Of a DNA stretch of 64,000 bases, positions 44,599-54,894 are shown piece by piece; the stretch's first letter is position 1; each line of letters begins with the position of its first letter. The stretch covers positions 128,001 to 192,000 of the forward strand of contig JAJREF010000005.1 in the NCBI GenBank assembly GCA_047459655.1, read 5' to 3'. This DNA comes from Rhabdochlamydiaceae bacterium. Lineage in GTDB: Bacteria; Chlamydiota; Chlamydiia; Chlamydiales; Rhabdochlamydiaceae. Position numbers and translations under genes: made by a program. The notes below the pieces were generated by a model that was given only the letters and a program-made list of their open reading frames with translations, did not search any database and was not told the DNA's origin.

Positions 44599-45315
44599 TC
44601 AGTTTTTAGGTTCATTACAAAACGTTACTACAAAAACTTTCTCCTTAACTTGCAAACTTTGCAGATCGGGAAAATGTAAAAGCGGCAACTGTTTTTCTAG
44701 ATATATCCTATTTTTAACACTTTCCGCTTTTAAAACAACTATCTTTGCTAAAGTTCCATCCTCTTGTATAGAAAGCTGTATTTTTACCTCTCCTTGCTCA
44801 GGGAGATGCAAAGCCTCATGCAGGTAAGAGAGGAGTGCATCTTGATATCTCTCTTCAGGGGTGGCAATAAAAATAGCTGCCGTATCTTGTAAACTACTGC
44901 GTGTTTCTTGTAAAGGAGCAGGCGGACTTATTTTCTCCTGATCCTTTTCAATCTTAGCGACGAGTTCTTCTAGCTCTTGCACGATTTGCTTTTGGAGGTC
45001 AGCTGGTGGGGTTTCTTTTTTTGGAGGGGTAGCTGGTTGTTTAGGAGTTGGCTTACGGGTTACAGGGGCGGCTTTAGGCTCTATTTTTTTTGCGGGAGAT
45101 TTTTTCTTAACAGCTGGTTTTTTTGTAGGAGGGTTGGAAGGTGTTTGCGTTATTTTCTTTGGCTGAGCAATAGAGCGAGATGGTTGTTTAAAGGTATGTG
45201 TTTGGACAATGAATTTTTGTGGAGGGACTTTAGATGCTTTCACGGGGGAGAATAAGAGGAAAAAAATCCCCGCCAAATGGATCCAGATCACAGTGAGCGA
45301 GATTTTCTTTAACAT
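44599..45315 (-). CDS. TolA/TonB-like protein
   Basis: N-terminal TM with His, Pro/Lys-rich linker, TonB_C-like 'GEVKIQLSIQEDG'; between tolR and tolB. Confidence 0.8.
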   Translation of the reverse strand: MLKKISLTVIWIHLAGIFFLLFSPVKASKVPPQKFIVQTHTFKQPSRSIAQPKKITQTPSNPPTKKPAVKKKSPAKKIEPKAAPVTRKPTPKQPATPPKKETPPADLQKQIVQELEELVAKIEKDQEKISPPAPLQETRSSLQDTAAIFIATPEERYQDALLSYLHEALHLPEQGEVKIQLSIQEDGTLAKIVVLKAESVKNRIYLEKQLPLLHFPDLQSLQVKEKVFVVTFCNEPKN

Positions 45316-45322
45316 GAGATGA

Positions 45323-45744
45323 TCAACTTGGTTTTAAAATCACATCCATTTGCTCAAAGCCTGACATTTCAACAGCGTTCTTAACTGTTTGATAAGTCCC
45401 AAACACTGCGTTTTTGTCGTGGAATACCTGGGGCGTGCGTCCTGGGGTTTTTTTATGGATTTCTTTGAGCAGAGAAATCAATTCTGAGGCGTTCACTTTT
45501 TTCCGTTTAGCCAAATCGTATTGTTCGCGTGCACGTGGATCACAATTTCCCCTTTTTCTGGACTCAAAGTTACCGTTTTTTCTGGACCTGAAGGAGCGCT
45601 TGCAAGCGTCACTCTATCTAGTTCTAACATTGGCGCAATGATGATAAAAATGATGAGCACGACCATCACAATATCGATCAAAGGAGTAAGATTGATACCC
45701 GCATCTTCTATTTCTATATCTCTTTGAGAAGCTCTTTTACGCAT
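45323..45744 (-). CDS. TolR/ExbD family protein (frameshifted)
   Basis: 'INLTPLIDIVMVVLIIFII.AP'. Confidence 0.92.
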
Positions 45745-45758
45745 TTGAACCTATCCCT

Positions 45759-46505
45759 CTATTCAACCTTTCGAAACTGAATGTCGATGGTAGAGATTAG
45801 ATTAGAGAGAAAACCATCCATGTCAGAGGCGTAGCTTTTGACGGTGTTTTTGAGGTAGTTGTAAGAGACAAGCGCAGGTATGGCAATGATGAGTCCTAGT
45901 ACGGTGGTTGCAAGAGCGGTTGACAGTCCTCCTAAAATAGCAGAATTTGATCCAACAGCTCCTCCCGAACTAAATCCAGAAAAACTTTCTAAAATCCCCC
46001 ACACAGTTCCCAGCAATCCCATAAAAGGGGCCAAAGCTGCAATAGTTGATAAAACAAATATGTTGCTCTCAAGGCGTTTGTGCTCTTCTGCAATGGTTGC
46101 AGAAGCGTGGTACTCTAATAATTCCAGGTCACTTGCTGTTAGGTAAACAGAGGCTTTCTCTTTACTCCCTTCCGATGAGAAGAAGTGATTTTTATTGAGC
46201 ACATCGATTGTCTTTTGTTTTAAAGATTGGGAGATAGATAAAAAAGGATGGGGAATGTGAGGGTGTTTAGGTGAAGGGAAATGAGTTAAGTCTGTATCTA
46301 AAAAAGAGCGGCCCTGTTTTGTAAGCGATTGTTTAAAAGCGGAAGAAATTTCTTTTACTTTTTGTAGTACCCATATCTTGTAGATCAACACAATCCAACA
46401 GATAACAGACAGAACTATTAGGCCGATAATGATTAATTTTCCAAAAAGATCTGACTGCCCATAAGCAGAAAAAAAAGCTGTCAAACTAGCTAGTGGTGCT
46501 AACAT
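45759..46505 (-). CDS. TolQ/ExbB proton channel family protein
   Basis: 'APFMGLLGTVWGI', 'ALATTVLGLIIAIPA'. Confidence 0.93.
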   Translation of the reverse strand: MLAPLASLTAFFSAYGQSDLFGKLIIIGLIVLSVICWIVLIYKIWVLQKVKEISSAFKQSLTKQGRSFLDTDLTHFPSPKHPHIPHPFLSISQSLKQKTIDVLNKNHFFSSEGSKEKASVYLTASDLELLEYHASATIAEEHKRLESNIFVLSTIAALAPFMGLLGTVWGILESFSGFSSGGAVGSNSAILGGLSTALATTVLGLIIAIPALVSYNYLKNTVKSYASDMDGFLSNLISTIDIQFRKVE

Positions 46506-46661
46506 ATCATCCTCTTGTGTGATTTGTTCTAGAATAGCGAAATATTAGGGCTTGCGCAAGAGAATTGCTTCAAAAACTTTTCTAAAAATAACTTGCAACA
46601 AAAATTGTATACACGCTAGATTCTCTCAATCATTCGGTAAGATTTTTTTGCGGAGGCAATC

Positions 46662-48659
46662 ATGTTTCAGCTTCCTAAGTTCTTCACTAACTTTATTCTC
46701 TTATTTACCCTCTTCACCGTTATTGTTTATCCTCAAGGGCATGTTCCCCTTCAACACTCTGAAATAACTCTAAGAATATTACCTGAGTTCTCTGAGATGA
46801 CTTACGATGATGTCATGAATCTGCTAGATGACTTCGAAACCGGTGCTATCGAATACAAATATAGCCGAGAAGATATCGAGAAGGCTATAGATCTAGTCAT
46901 CATGCTTGCAAGGACAGGTCTTTTACCCGACGAAGATCCTGAAGAGTTAGAAAGAGATATCCAAGAGCTCTTATACGGGGAAGGTGATTTTTCTGAGTGT
47001 TCTTTTAAGGAGGGTTGTTCCACTTTTCCTGCTCTTTTTTATGGGAAAGGAGATACTGTTTTATGTAAAAATTGGTTTGTTAAATCCTGCCAAAAGACAG
47101 GAAAATTCATTAAAAAGAAAAGAAAGGCCATCATCATTGGAGCAGCTGTTGCTGTAGCCGTTATAACCGTAGTTGGAATTGCAGCTGCTGCAACAGCAGG
47201 AGCTGCGGCAGTGGGAGCTGCCGCAGATAACTCCACCTCATCAAAATCAAGCACTTCAACTTCTTCTCCAACTGCTTCTAATCCAACCTCTACTCTATAT
47301 ACTCAGATAGAAGTCCCAACCATATCTTTCAAAGAAAACATAGCTAGCGAGCATTTTTTTCAACCCTCTTTTTACAAAGAAACTTCTCAAGAAAAGGGAA
47401 GAGTTTTAGGGTCCCTTTTTGCCCATGACACTCTTAATCAATTTAGTGATCGATTTGCTGTGCACCCCAACTTTGCTACCAATGAACATGATAAAATCGA
47501 CCATAAATTTACAACAGACTATACGCAGTTGTATTCAAACTCTAAGAAAGAGCCTGATTTCAATACCCTTGCCTATCAGCTTCAAGGAGAAAGAGAGCTA
47601 TCTTCTGGTCACCTAAACCAAGCCATCTATGACTTCAGCCAAGCCATTGAACGCAATCCCACAAGCCCCCTTCCCTATCTTGAAAGAGGCGTTGCACATT
47701 TTGGGCTGGGGCAATACGACCGCTCCTTAGAAGATTATCATCAGTTTGCAGCTCAAGTAGAAAAAACAGAACCACTATCAATCCCCTCCTTCAGCTTAGG
47801 CTTTGCAAAAGGTCTTCCAAGCGGCATCTGTGAATCGGGAAAAGGTTTGGCCTTGTTTGTCTCTGATGTCGCTCTACACCCCGTTCGCACAGGAGGTCAA
47901 GTTTGGGAGTCGCTTAAACTTTTAGCAGACCTTACAAAATCTCAGGAGTGGAGCACTTTAAGCGAGGTGTTAGCCCCAGAAGTTCATCAACTTGTCAAAG
48001 AATGGGATACGCTTGACTCTGAAGTAAGAGGGCAACTCGCAGGACATGCCTTTGGCAAATACGGAGCTGACATCCTCATACCAGGAGCCCTAGCAAAAGC
48101 TGTTGCCAAAGGAGCAAAGGGAGCCCAAGAGCTAAGCGCTGTCTACAAAACACTCCAAAATGCTGAAAAAGCGCTCCTTCTTGAGTCTGCAGCTGAGTTA
48201 GGCAGTAGCGCCAAGATCGGAGAAGCGTTAACTACCACGTATAATACGGCTCTTCTTGGAGAGGAGTTAGGGTTTAGTGTTAAAGAAATGAACCAGCTTA
48301 AGCAAGCGGGAAAGCTGGAAGGAGCTATCAATAGTAGCTTAGAGAAATTAGTCTCTCAATCGGAAAGTGAGGTTTACAAGGCTACAATCAATCAAAATAA
48401 ACATGTAAAGATGGTAAGAGACTATCTTGATAAGCCAGCTAAAGAGATTCAAAAGGGTATTAATAGCTACGAAAAACAAATTGCTATTCACAAAGATAAA
48501 ATTGTGAATCCAGCAAAATATTGCCCAGATTGGGATAAATTAGATCCAAGGCAGCGTGAAGCTTTACTTAATAAAAAATGGCCAGCAGAAATTCAGGTAT
48601 AAGAAGAACAAAGGGGCGTTCTTCAATCTATTCTAAATGAAAGGCTTTCTCATGAATAA
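46662..48659 (+). CDS. Exported TPR protein with putative C-terminal toxin domain (in-frame TAA at 48600-48602)
   Basis: Signal-like N-terminus, Ala/Gly hydrophobic stretch, Ser/Thr linker, TPR pair, C-terminal charged domain; frame stays open after the TAA to 48659. Confidence 0.7.
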
Positions 48660-49186
48660 AGGGAAATTTAAAGGGTATATTGTTGATACAATAATTTTGT
48701 TAAAAGAGTTAGCTAGAAAAGCAAAAGTAGAGGCCGATAATCCAAAAAAAGGTCTTAAGAATTATGCACAAGGTGTAATAATGGGGTATTATTCAATTAT
48801 TACTCTGTTAAAGCATGAAGCATTTGCCTTTTGTATTGATCAGAAAAGAGTTAGGGTTGGCAGATATAAAACCTGATGTAGATTTGCTCAGCCTTGGTCG
48901 AAATCTTGATGTAGATAATGAGGAAGATAATTGGGCGGTCGATGTTATGCACGAGGAAAAAATCAAAGGCTATCTTATTGATTCAATAACCTTGCTGAAA
49001 GAGCAGGCGATAGAAGCAAAAAAAGAAGCAGATAATCCGAAAGAGGGTTTTGAGGATTACAACAAGGGGGAATTAATGGTTTATTGTTCGTTATTCTCTC
49101 TTTTAAAGAAACAAGCTTCTGTGTTTAACATCGATGAAAAAGAGCTCGGATTAGTTGATATAAAGCCTGAACAAGATCTAATCTAA
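48652..49186 (+). CDS. Putative immunity protein with two tandem homologous domains (frameshift ~48845)
   Basis: ATG overlaps the extended upstream stop (ATGAATAA), GAAAGG RBS; internal repeat 'KGY..D.I.LLKE.A..AK.EADNPK.G...Y..G..M.Y.S...LLK..A..F.ID.KELGL.DIKP..DL'. Confidence 0.7.
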
Positions 49187-49214
49187 TGCACATTTTAGAT
49201 GGAAAAGTTGACTG

Positions 49215-49988
49215 ATGTATATCGATTCTCATGCACATTTGGCCGATGATTCGGTGATAGAAAATGTTGAGGGTATATTGCAAAGAGCCCAAGAAAAAGG
49301 GGTTGGGAAGATTGTTAACGTTTGTACAGGGCCTATCTCTTTGGAGAGGGGCCTTGTATTGGCAAAAAAGTTTCCCTTTGTTTATAACACGGCGGCTACA
49401 ACGCCGCACGATGTGGAAAAAGAAGGGGAAATATTTTTCCCTATGGTTGAAAAGGCAGCCCAAGAAAAGAAATTAGTTGCCATCGGAGAGACGGGGCTTG
49501 ACTATCATTATAAGCATTCTGACCCTCTCGTGCAGAAAAAGTTTTTATCAAAATATTTTGAGTTAGCCAAAAAAATGAACTTGCCGGTGATTTTTCACTG
49601 TAGAGAGGCTTTTGCTGATCTGTTTGAGATGGCAGATCTCCAATATAAAGCCCATCCAGCGGTATTGCATTGTTTTACTGGGACCTTAGAGGAAGCAAGG
49701 CAGTGTCTGGATAGAGGATGGTATATTTCCTTTTCGGGAATCGTCTCTTTTAAAAAATCTGAGCAATTAAGGGAAGTAGCAGCCTATGTCCCCCTAGAAA
49801 GAATGTTCATTGAAACAGACACACCTTATTTGGCGCCGCAAGCTTACCGTGGAAAAATGAATGAGCCCAGTTATATTGGAGAGACGGCCAAAGTTTTGGC
49901 TACAGTCAAAAATATTTCCCTTGAGGAACTTGCGCGGCAAACTTTATTGAATGCTTCTCAATTTTTTTCTTTTCCAAAAGTTCTCTAA
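49215..49988 (+). CDS. tatD: TatD family deoxyribonuclease
   Basis: 'IDSHAHL', 'AIGETGLDY', 'HCREA', 'HCFTG', 'ETDTPYLAP'. Confidence 0.95.
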   Translation: MYIDSHAHLADDSVIENVEGILQRAQEKGVGKIVNVCTGPISLERGLVLAKKFPFVYNTAATTPHDVEKEGEIFFPMVEKAAQEKKLVAIGETGLDYHYKHSDPLVQKKFLSKYFELAKKMNLPVIFHCREAFADLFEMADLQYKAHPAVLHCFTGTLEEARQCLDRGWYISFSGIVSFKKSEQLREVAAYVPLERMFIETDTPYLAPQAYRGKMNEPSYIGETAKVLATVKNISLEELARQTLLNASQFFSFPKVL

Positions 49989-50013
49989 AGATGTTTAATA
50001 TGCTGAAGTAAAC

Positions 50014-50988
50014 ATGATAAAGGCAACTCTCCCTAGTGTATTTGTATGGAAAAGACTTCAGTCTCTGATGGGGCTTTGGCTTGTTCTTTTTCTCATGGAG
50101 CATCTATTTGTTAACTCTCAGGCGGCGCTTCTTTTGGGAGAAAGTGGAAGGGGGTTTGTTGAGTCGGTAAATGCAATTCACAATTTACCTTACCTGCCTG
50201 TCATCGAATGCGTTCTCTTAGGGGTCCCGATCTTGATTCATATGGTGTGGGGCGTAAGGCTGTTATTTACAGCTAAGTCGAATTCGGTTTCGAGTGATGG
50301 TAGCAAACCACAACTTTCCGAATACAAAAGAAATAAAGCATATTCATGGCAAAGAATTACTTCGTGGATTCTTTTATTTGGACTCATGGGACATATCTTC
50401 ATGTTCAGATTTTTGAATTACCCTTGGTCTGCTTCTGAGGGATCTACTTCTTCGTATTTTGTAAAAATTAAAATGGATAAAGGGCTCTACACTTTGGCAG
50501 ATCGGCTGGGGTTTACTCTCTACGACAAGAACAGCATCTTAATAGAAAAGCAAGAGCTTGCAAATAGGCAAGAGGAAGCGGCAAAAGCTACTCCAGAGAC
50601 GCATGTATTTGATCCTGCTGAGCAAGTTGTTTCGGTGGCTGCACAGAAATATCGACAAAAAATAGCATGGGTTCAAGCTCTTGATAAGAAGCCTTTACAA
50701 GAGGGAGAAGTTATTGCTGTAGCGAGTAATTTTGGAACCGCCTCTCTTTTGACTGTGAGGGATACATTCAAAGTTCCTCTGTATGCATGCTTATACACTA
50801 TTTTTGTTCTTGCAGCTTGCTTTCATGGATTTAACGGATTGTGGACTTTTTTGATAACATGGGGCTTTGTTATTAAAGTAGCATCACAAAAAAGAGCGGC
50901 TTTTGTAGCTGTAGGATTGATGTTAATGGTTACTTTCCTTGGGCTTGCCTCTATTTGGGGTACTTACTGGTTAAATCTAAGATCATGA
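50014..50988 (+). CDS. sdhC: Succinate dehydrogenase cytochrome b558 subunit
   Basis: 'RLQSLMG..FLMEHL', 'WQRITSW', 'CFHGFNGLWTF'; upstream of sdhA. Confidence 0.92.
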   Translation: MIKATLPSVFVWKRLQSLMGLWLVLFLMEHLFVNSQAALLLGESGRGFVESVNAIHNLPYLPVIECVLLGVPILIHMVWGVRLLFTAKSNSVSSDGSKPQLSEYKRNKAYSWQRITSWILLFGLMGHIFMFRFLNYPWSASEGSTSSYFVKIKMDKGLYTLADRLGFTLYDKNSILIEKQELANRQEEAAKATPETHVFDPAEQVVSVAAQKYRQKIAWVQALDKKPLQEGEVIAVASNFGTASLLTVRDTFKVPLYACLYTIFVLAACFHGFNGLWTFLITWGFVIKVASQKRAAFVAVGLMLMVTFLGLASIWGTYWLNLRS

Positions 50989-52875
50989 AAAAAACAACTA
51001 AAGAAGTGATTGTAGTGGGTGGTGGTCTTGCGGGTCTTTCTGCAGCTATGAAGCTAGCAGAAGCTGGGTGCAGAGTCAAGATTGTCTCTGTTACAAAAGT
51101 GAAGCGCTCCCATTCTGTTTGCGCGCAAGGTGGGATCAATGCAGCAATTAACTTAAAGGGGGAGGATGATTCTCCCTACATCCATGCTTATGACACTATC
51201 AAAGGGGGAGACTTTCTAGCGGATCAGCCTCCTATCCTGGAGATGTGTTTGGCAGCTCCGGGGATTATTCGTTTAATGGACAGGTTGGGTTGCCCCTTCA
51301 ATAGAACACTCGAAGGGAATCTAGATTTTCGACGCTTTGGAGGAACGCTCTACAATAGGACAGCGTTTTGTGGGACATCTACGGGGCAGCAGCTATTGTA
51401 TGCTTTAGATGAGCAGGTCCGTCGATTTGAAAGCAAAGGAGTGGTTGAAAAATTTGAAAGCCATGAATTTTTGCGTCTTGTCATCGATGAAGAAGGGCGG
51501 GCAAGAGGGATCGTGATCATGGATCTGATCAATTTAAAATTAGATGTTTTGAAAGCGGATGCTGTCATTTTTGGGACGGGTGGTCCGGGGCTTATTTTTA
51601 AAAAATCTACAAACTCCACTTTTTGTACGGGTGCTGCCAATGGTCGTCTCTTTGTTCAGGGGATGTGGTATGCGAATGGGGAGTTCTATTCAAATCCACC
51701 CAACAGCGATACCGGGGGAGGATAAGCTCCGCTTGATTTCAGAGTCGGCAAGGGCAGAGGGAGGAAGGGTTTGGGTTTATGGAGATTCTTCTAAATCTAT
51801 CGAAACAGCCAATAAAAAGACCATTCCTTGTGGAAAGACGGGAGAGCCGTGGTATTTCTTAGAAGAGCTCTACCCTGCTTTTGGAAATCTAGCCCCTCGC
51901 GATATCGCCGCAAGAGAGATGTTAAAGGTTTGCGAGCTGGGGCTCGGCATAGATGGTAAGATGCAGGTTTATTTAGATTTAACACATCTTTCTAAAGCCA
52001 CATTCCACAAAATGGAGTCGATTTTAGATATCTATAAGAAATTTACGGGTGAGGATCCTAGAAAAGTACCGATGAAGGTATTTCCTGCTGTGCATTATTC
52101 TATGGGAGGTGCTTGGGTAGATTGGCCGGCTGCAGATGATCCAGATCGAGCAACAAGATTTAGGCAAATGACCAATATTCCTGGCTGTTTTAACATTGGA
52201 GAATCTGATTTCCAGTACCATGGAGCTAATCGTTTAGGAGCTAATTCTCTTTTATCCTGTATCTTTTCTGGCCTTGTAGCGGGTGTGGAAGTGCCGAAGT
52301 ATTTGGAAAGCTTAGAGGTCAGCTATGATGCCCTACCTACATCGATTTATCTAGAAGCTCTTACTCAAGAAGAAACCTTGAAAAAGGACCTCCTGGGTCG
52401 TAATGGTCCAGAAAATGTTCATCAGTTACATGATGAGCTTGCAGACATCATGGTGCGTAACATGACGGTGAAAAGAAATAATGCTGACTTGAAAAAAACT
52501 ATTTCTCAAATAAAAGAATTAAGGGAGCGTTATGGCAATATTTCTTTAAGTGACCGTGGGGCTTTAATGAATCAAACATATGCGTTTGCCAATCAATTCG
52601 GCTTCATGTTAGAACTGGCTTTAGCGATGACAGTGAGTGCGCTCATGCGCGATGAATCAAGAGGTGCACATTTTAAAGCAGATTTTCCAGAGAGAAATGA
52701 TGAAAGTTGGCTTAAGACAACCATTGCGTCCTATGAAAGAGAGGGTCCAAAGATTTTTTATCGCCCTGTTGATACAAGGCACTACCCAAATCTTGAAAAA
52801 AGGGATTATGCGCATGCAAAGAAAAAAAAACCTACATTAGAAAAGATACCACCTAACATACAACTCCCCTTATGA
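50985..52875 (+). CDS. sdhA: Succinate dehydrogenase flavoprotein subunit (frameshift ~51685)
   Basis: 'VVGGGLAG', 'RSHSVCAQGG', 'QIHPT', 'HYSMGG', 'HGANRLGANSL', 'ESRGAH'. Confidence 0.97.
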
Positions 52876-53642
52876 GAAAATTTATCTTAAAAGTTTTTCG
52901 TGGAACTCCTGAAAAACAATATTGGGAGGAATTTGAGCTTGAGCTGAAGCCTTTTTACAACATCATATCTGCTTTAATGGACATACAGAAAACTCCTCAT
53001 AATCGGAAAGGAGAGAGGGTAGCTCCTGTTGCCTGGGAGCAAGGGTGTTTAGAAGAGGTATGTGGATCTTGTTCAATGTTGATCAATGGGAAACCAAGGC
53101 AGGCTTGTACAGCTCTTATTGAAAAGCTAATTGAAGCAACGGGTAGCTCTACTGTCACGTTAGCTCCGATGACCAAATTTGTCCTTATCCGGGATCTTGT
53201 GGTATCCCGAGACACGATGTTCAATAATTTAAAAAAGATGCACGCATGGATTGATGTCGATGGGTTTTTTGAGCGTGGAGTTGGCCCTAAGATGAGTCCC
53301 CAATTGCAAGATACGAGATATAAACTCTCCACATGTATGACATGTGGGTGTTGTTCTGAGGCGTGTCCCCAAGTCAACGAGCACTCCTCTTTCATGGGTC
53401 CTGCGCCCATCTCACAGGTGCGTCTTTTTAACTCTCATCCTACAGGTAAGATGCAGGCTTCCGAAAGACTCCATGCCTTGATGGAAAAAGAAGGGGTTGG
53501 TTGCGGCAATTCACAAAATTGCGTTGAGGTTTGCCCTAAAGAAATTCCTCTCACTGAATCACTTGCAGAGATGGGAAGAGAGGTGTCCAAACAAGCTTTC
53601 CGCGATTTATCTGGCTCCTTAAATCCCGAAGAAAAATTATAA
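52872..53642 (+). CDS. sdhB: Succinate dehydrogenase iron-sulfur subunit
   Basis: 'CLEEVCGSC', 'CMTCGCCSEACP', 'CGNSQNCVEVCP'. Confidence 0.97.
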   Translation: MRKFILKVFRGTPEKQYWEEFELELKPFYNIISALMDIQKTPHNRKGERVAPVAWEQGCLEEVCGSCSMLINGKPRQACTALIEKLIEATGSSTVTLAPMTKFVLIRDLVVSRDTMFNNLKKMHAWIDVDGFFERGVGPKMSPQLQDTRYKLSTCMTCGCCSEACPQVNEHSSFMGPAPISQVRLFNSHPTGKMQASERLHALMEKEGVGCGNSQNCVEVCPKEIPLTESLAEMGREVSKQAFRDLSGSLNPEEKL

Positions 53643-53678
53643 ACTCACCTTGACGCAGAAAAGAGGTGAATTTTTTTT
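53641..53678 (+). terminator. Probable terminator after sdhB; left arm resembles the family D terminus
   Basis: AACTCACCT...AGGTGAATT followed by T run. Confidence 0.55.
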
Positions 53679-53715
53679 GGAATCTGATTTAATAGCCCTC
53701 TTTGGAGGAAAATCA

Positions 53716-54433
53716 ATGAGTCAGAAGAAACGAATACTATTAATCGAAGATGAAGAAGACATCGCTGCTCTTATAAAACTGCAAGCTGAAATGAGCGGAT
53801 ACAAACTTCATGTGGAAGTGGATGGGATCAATGGCTTTCAAGCTGTAAAAAGAGAGCGGCCTGATCTTGTGATTCTTGATATCATGTTACCTGGGCAGAA
53901 TGGATTTGATGTATGCCGTAAGATGAAAAGCGATCCTGATCTCAAAACTATTCCTATTATTATCGTGTCTGCTAAGGGAGAGGAATTAGATGTGATCTTA
54001 GGTTTAGAATTAGGCGCTGATGACTACGTTCCTAAACCTTTTTCTCCCAAAATTCTCTTTTCTCGTATTAGAGCTATTTTGCGTAGAGGGAAAGAGCCAG
54101 AAAAGCTCCTAAAGTGATCGGATTTGGAGAGTTCACTCTCGAAGTTGATCGTTATCTATTGCGTAAAGAAGATAAAATTGTAACAATTACCTTATCTGAG
54201 TTTGGCATATTGAAGAGGCTGCTCACTAACCGAGGTAAAGTGCTCACCCGCAATCAATTATTAGATGATGTGCATAATGATGATGCATTCATTGTAGATC
54301 GTAATATTGATGTCCACATCGCTTCTCTGAGAAAAAATTGGGCCCAAAATTTGATTGGATTGAAACAGTGCGAGGTGTAGGGTATCGTTTTAAAGAAGAG
54401 GCTATGCCTGCCCTTGCTAAAGATAGAGATTAG
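53716..54433 (+). CDS. OmpR/PhoB family response regulator (frameshifted)
   Basis: 'IEDE', 'LDIMLP', 'GADDYVPKPF', 'DRNIDVHIASLRK', 'ETVRGVGYRF'. Confidence 0.93.
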
Positions 54434-54442
54434 AAGGTTAAC

Positions 54443-54888
54443 ATGCAAAAAATTATCATTGTTTGTATATCAGCTGCCATTCTTGCTTTTGGATGTGAGA
54501 GTAAAGCGGGAACTGGCGCTCTTGCAGGTGGAGCTACGGGGGCTGTAGCTGGCGGCCTTATTGCTGGATCTGGGACTGGCGTTCTTATCGGTGCAGCAGC
54601 AGGAACTGTGGGAGGAGCCATCATTGGGGCTTCTCTGGAAGATTCTGATAGAGATTCCCTACAAAAAGAGAGTCCTCAGACAGTCAATAAAATCGATCAT
54701 GCACAGCCGCTGGACATCGATGATATCAAGCAGATGACAAAAGCAGGCTTCAGCGACCAGGTGATCATTACCCAAATTGACGCTACCCATAGCGTTTTTA
54801 CTTAAGTACCGCAGACATCATCGATCTAAAGAGTGCGAATGTGTCGCAAAAAGTGATCGACTACATGGTAAAAACAGGGAATCAATAG
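54443..54888 (+). CDS. Glycine-zipper lipoprotein (frameshift ~54798)
   Basis: Lipobox 'AFGC', 'GALAGGATGAVAGGLIAG..GVLIGAAAG..GGAIIG'. Confidence 0.85.
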
Positions 54889-54894
54889 GTGTTT

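Noticed and set aside
50014..53642. Absence of sdhD
   Set aside because: A single large SdhC anchor (sdhCAB) is the normal arrangement for this enzyme type in chlamydiae; not novel.
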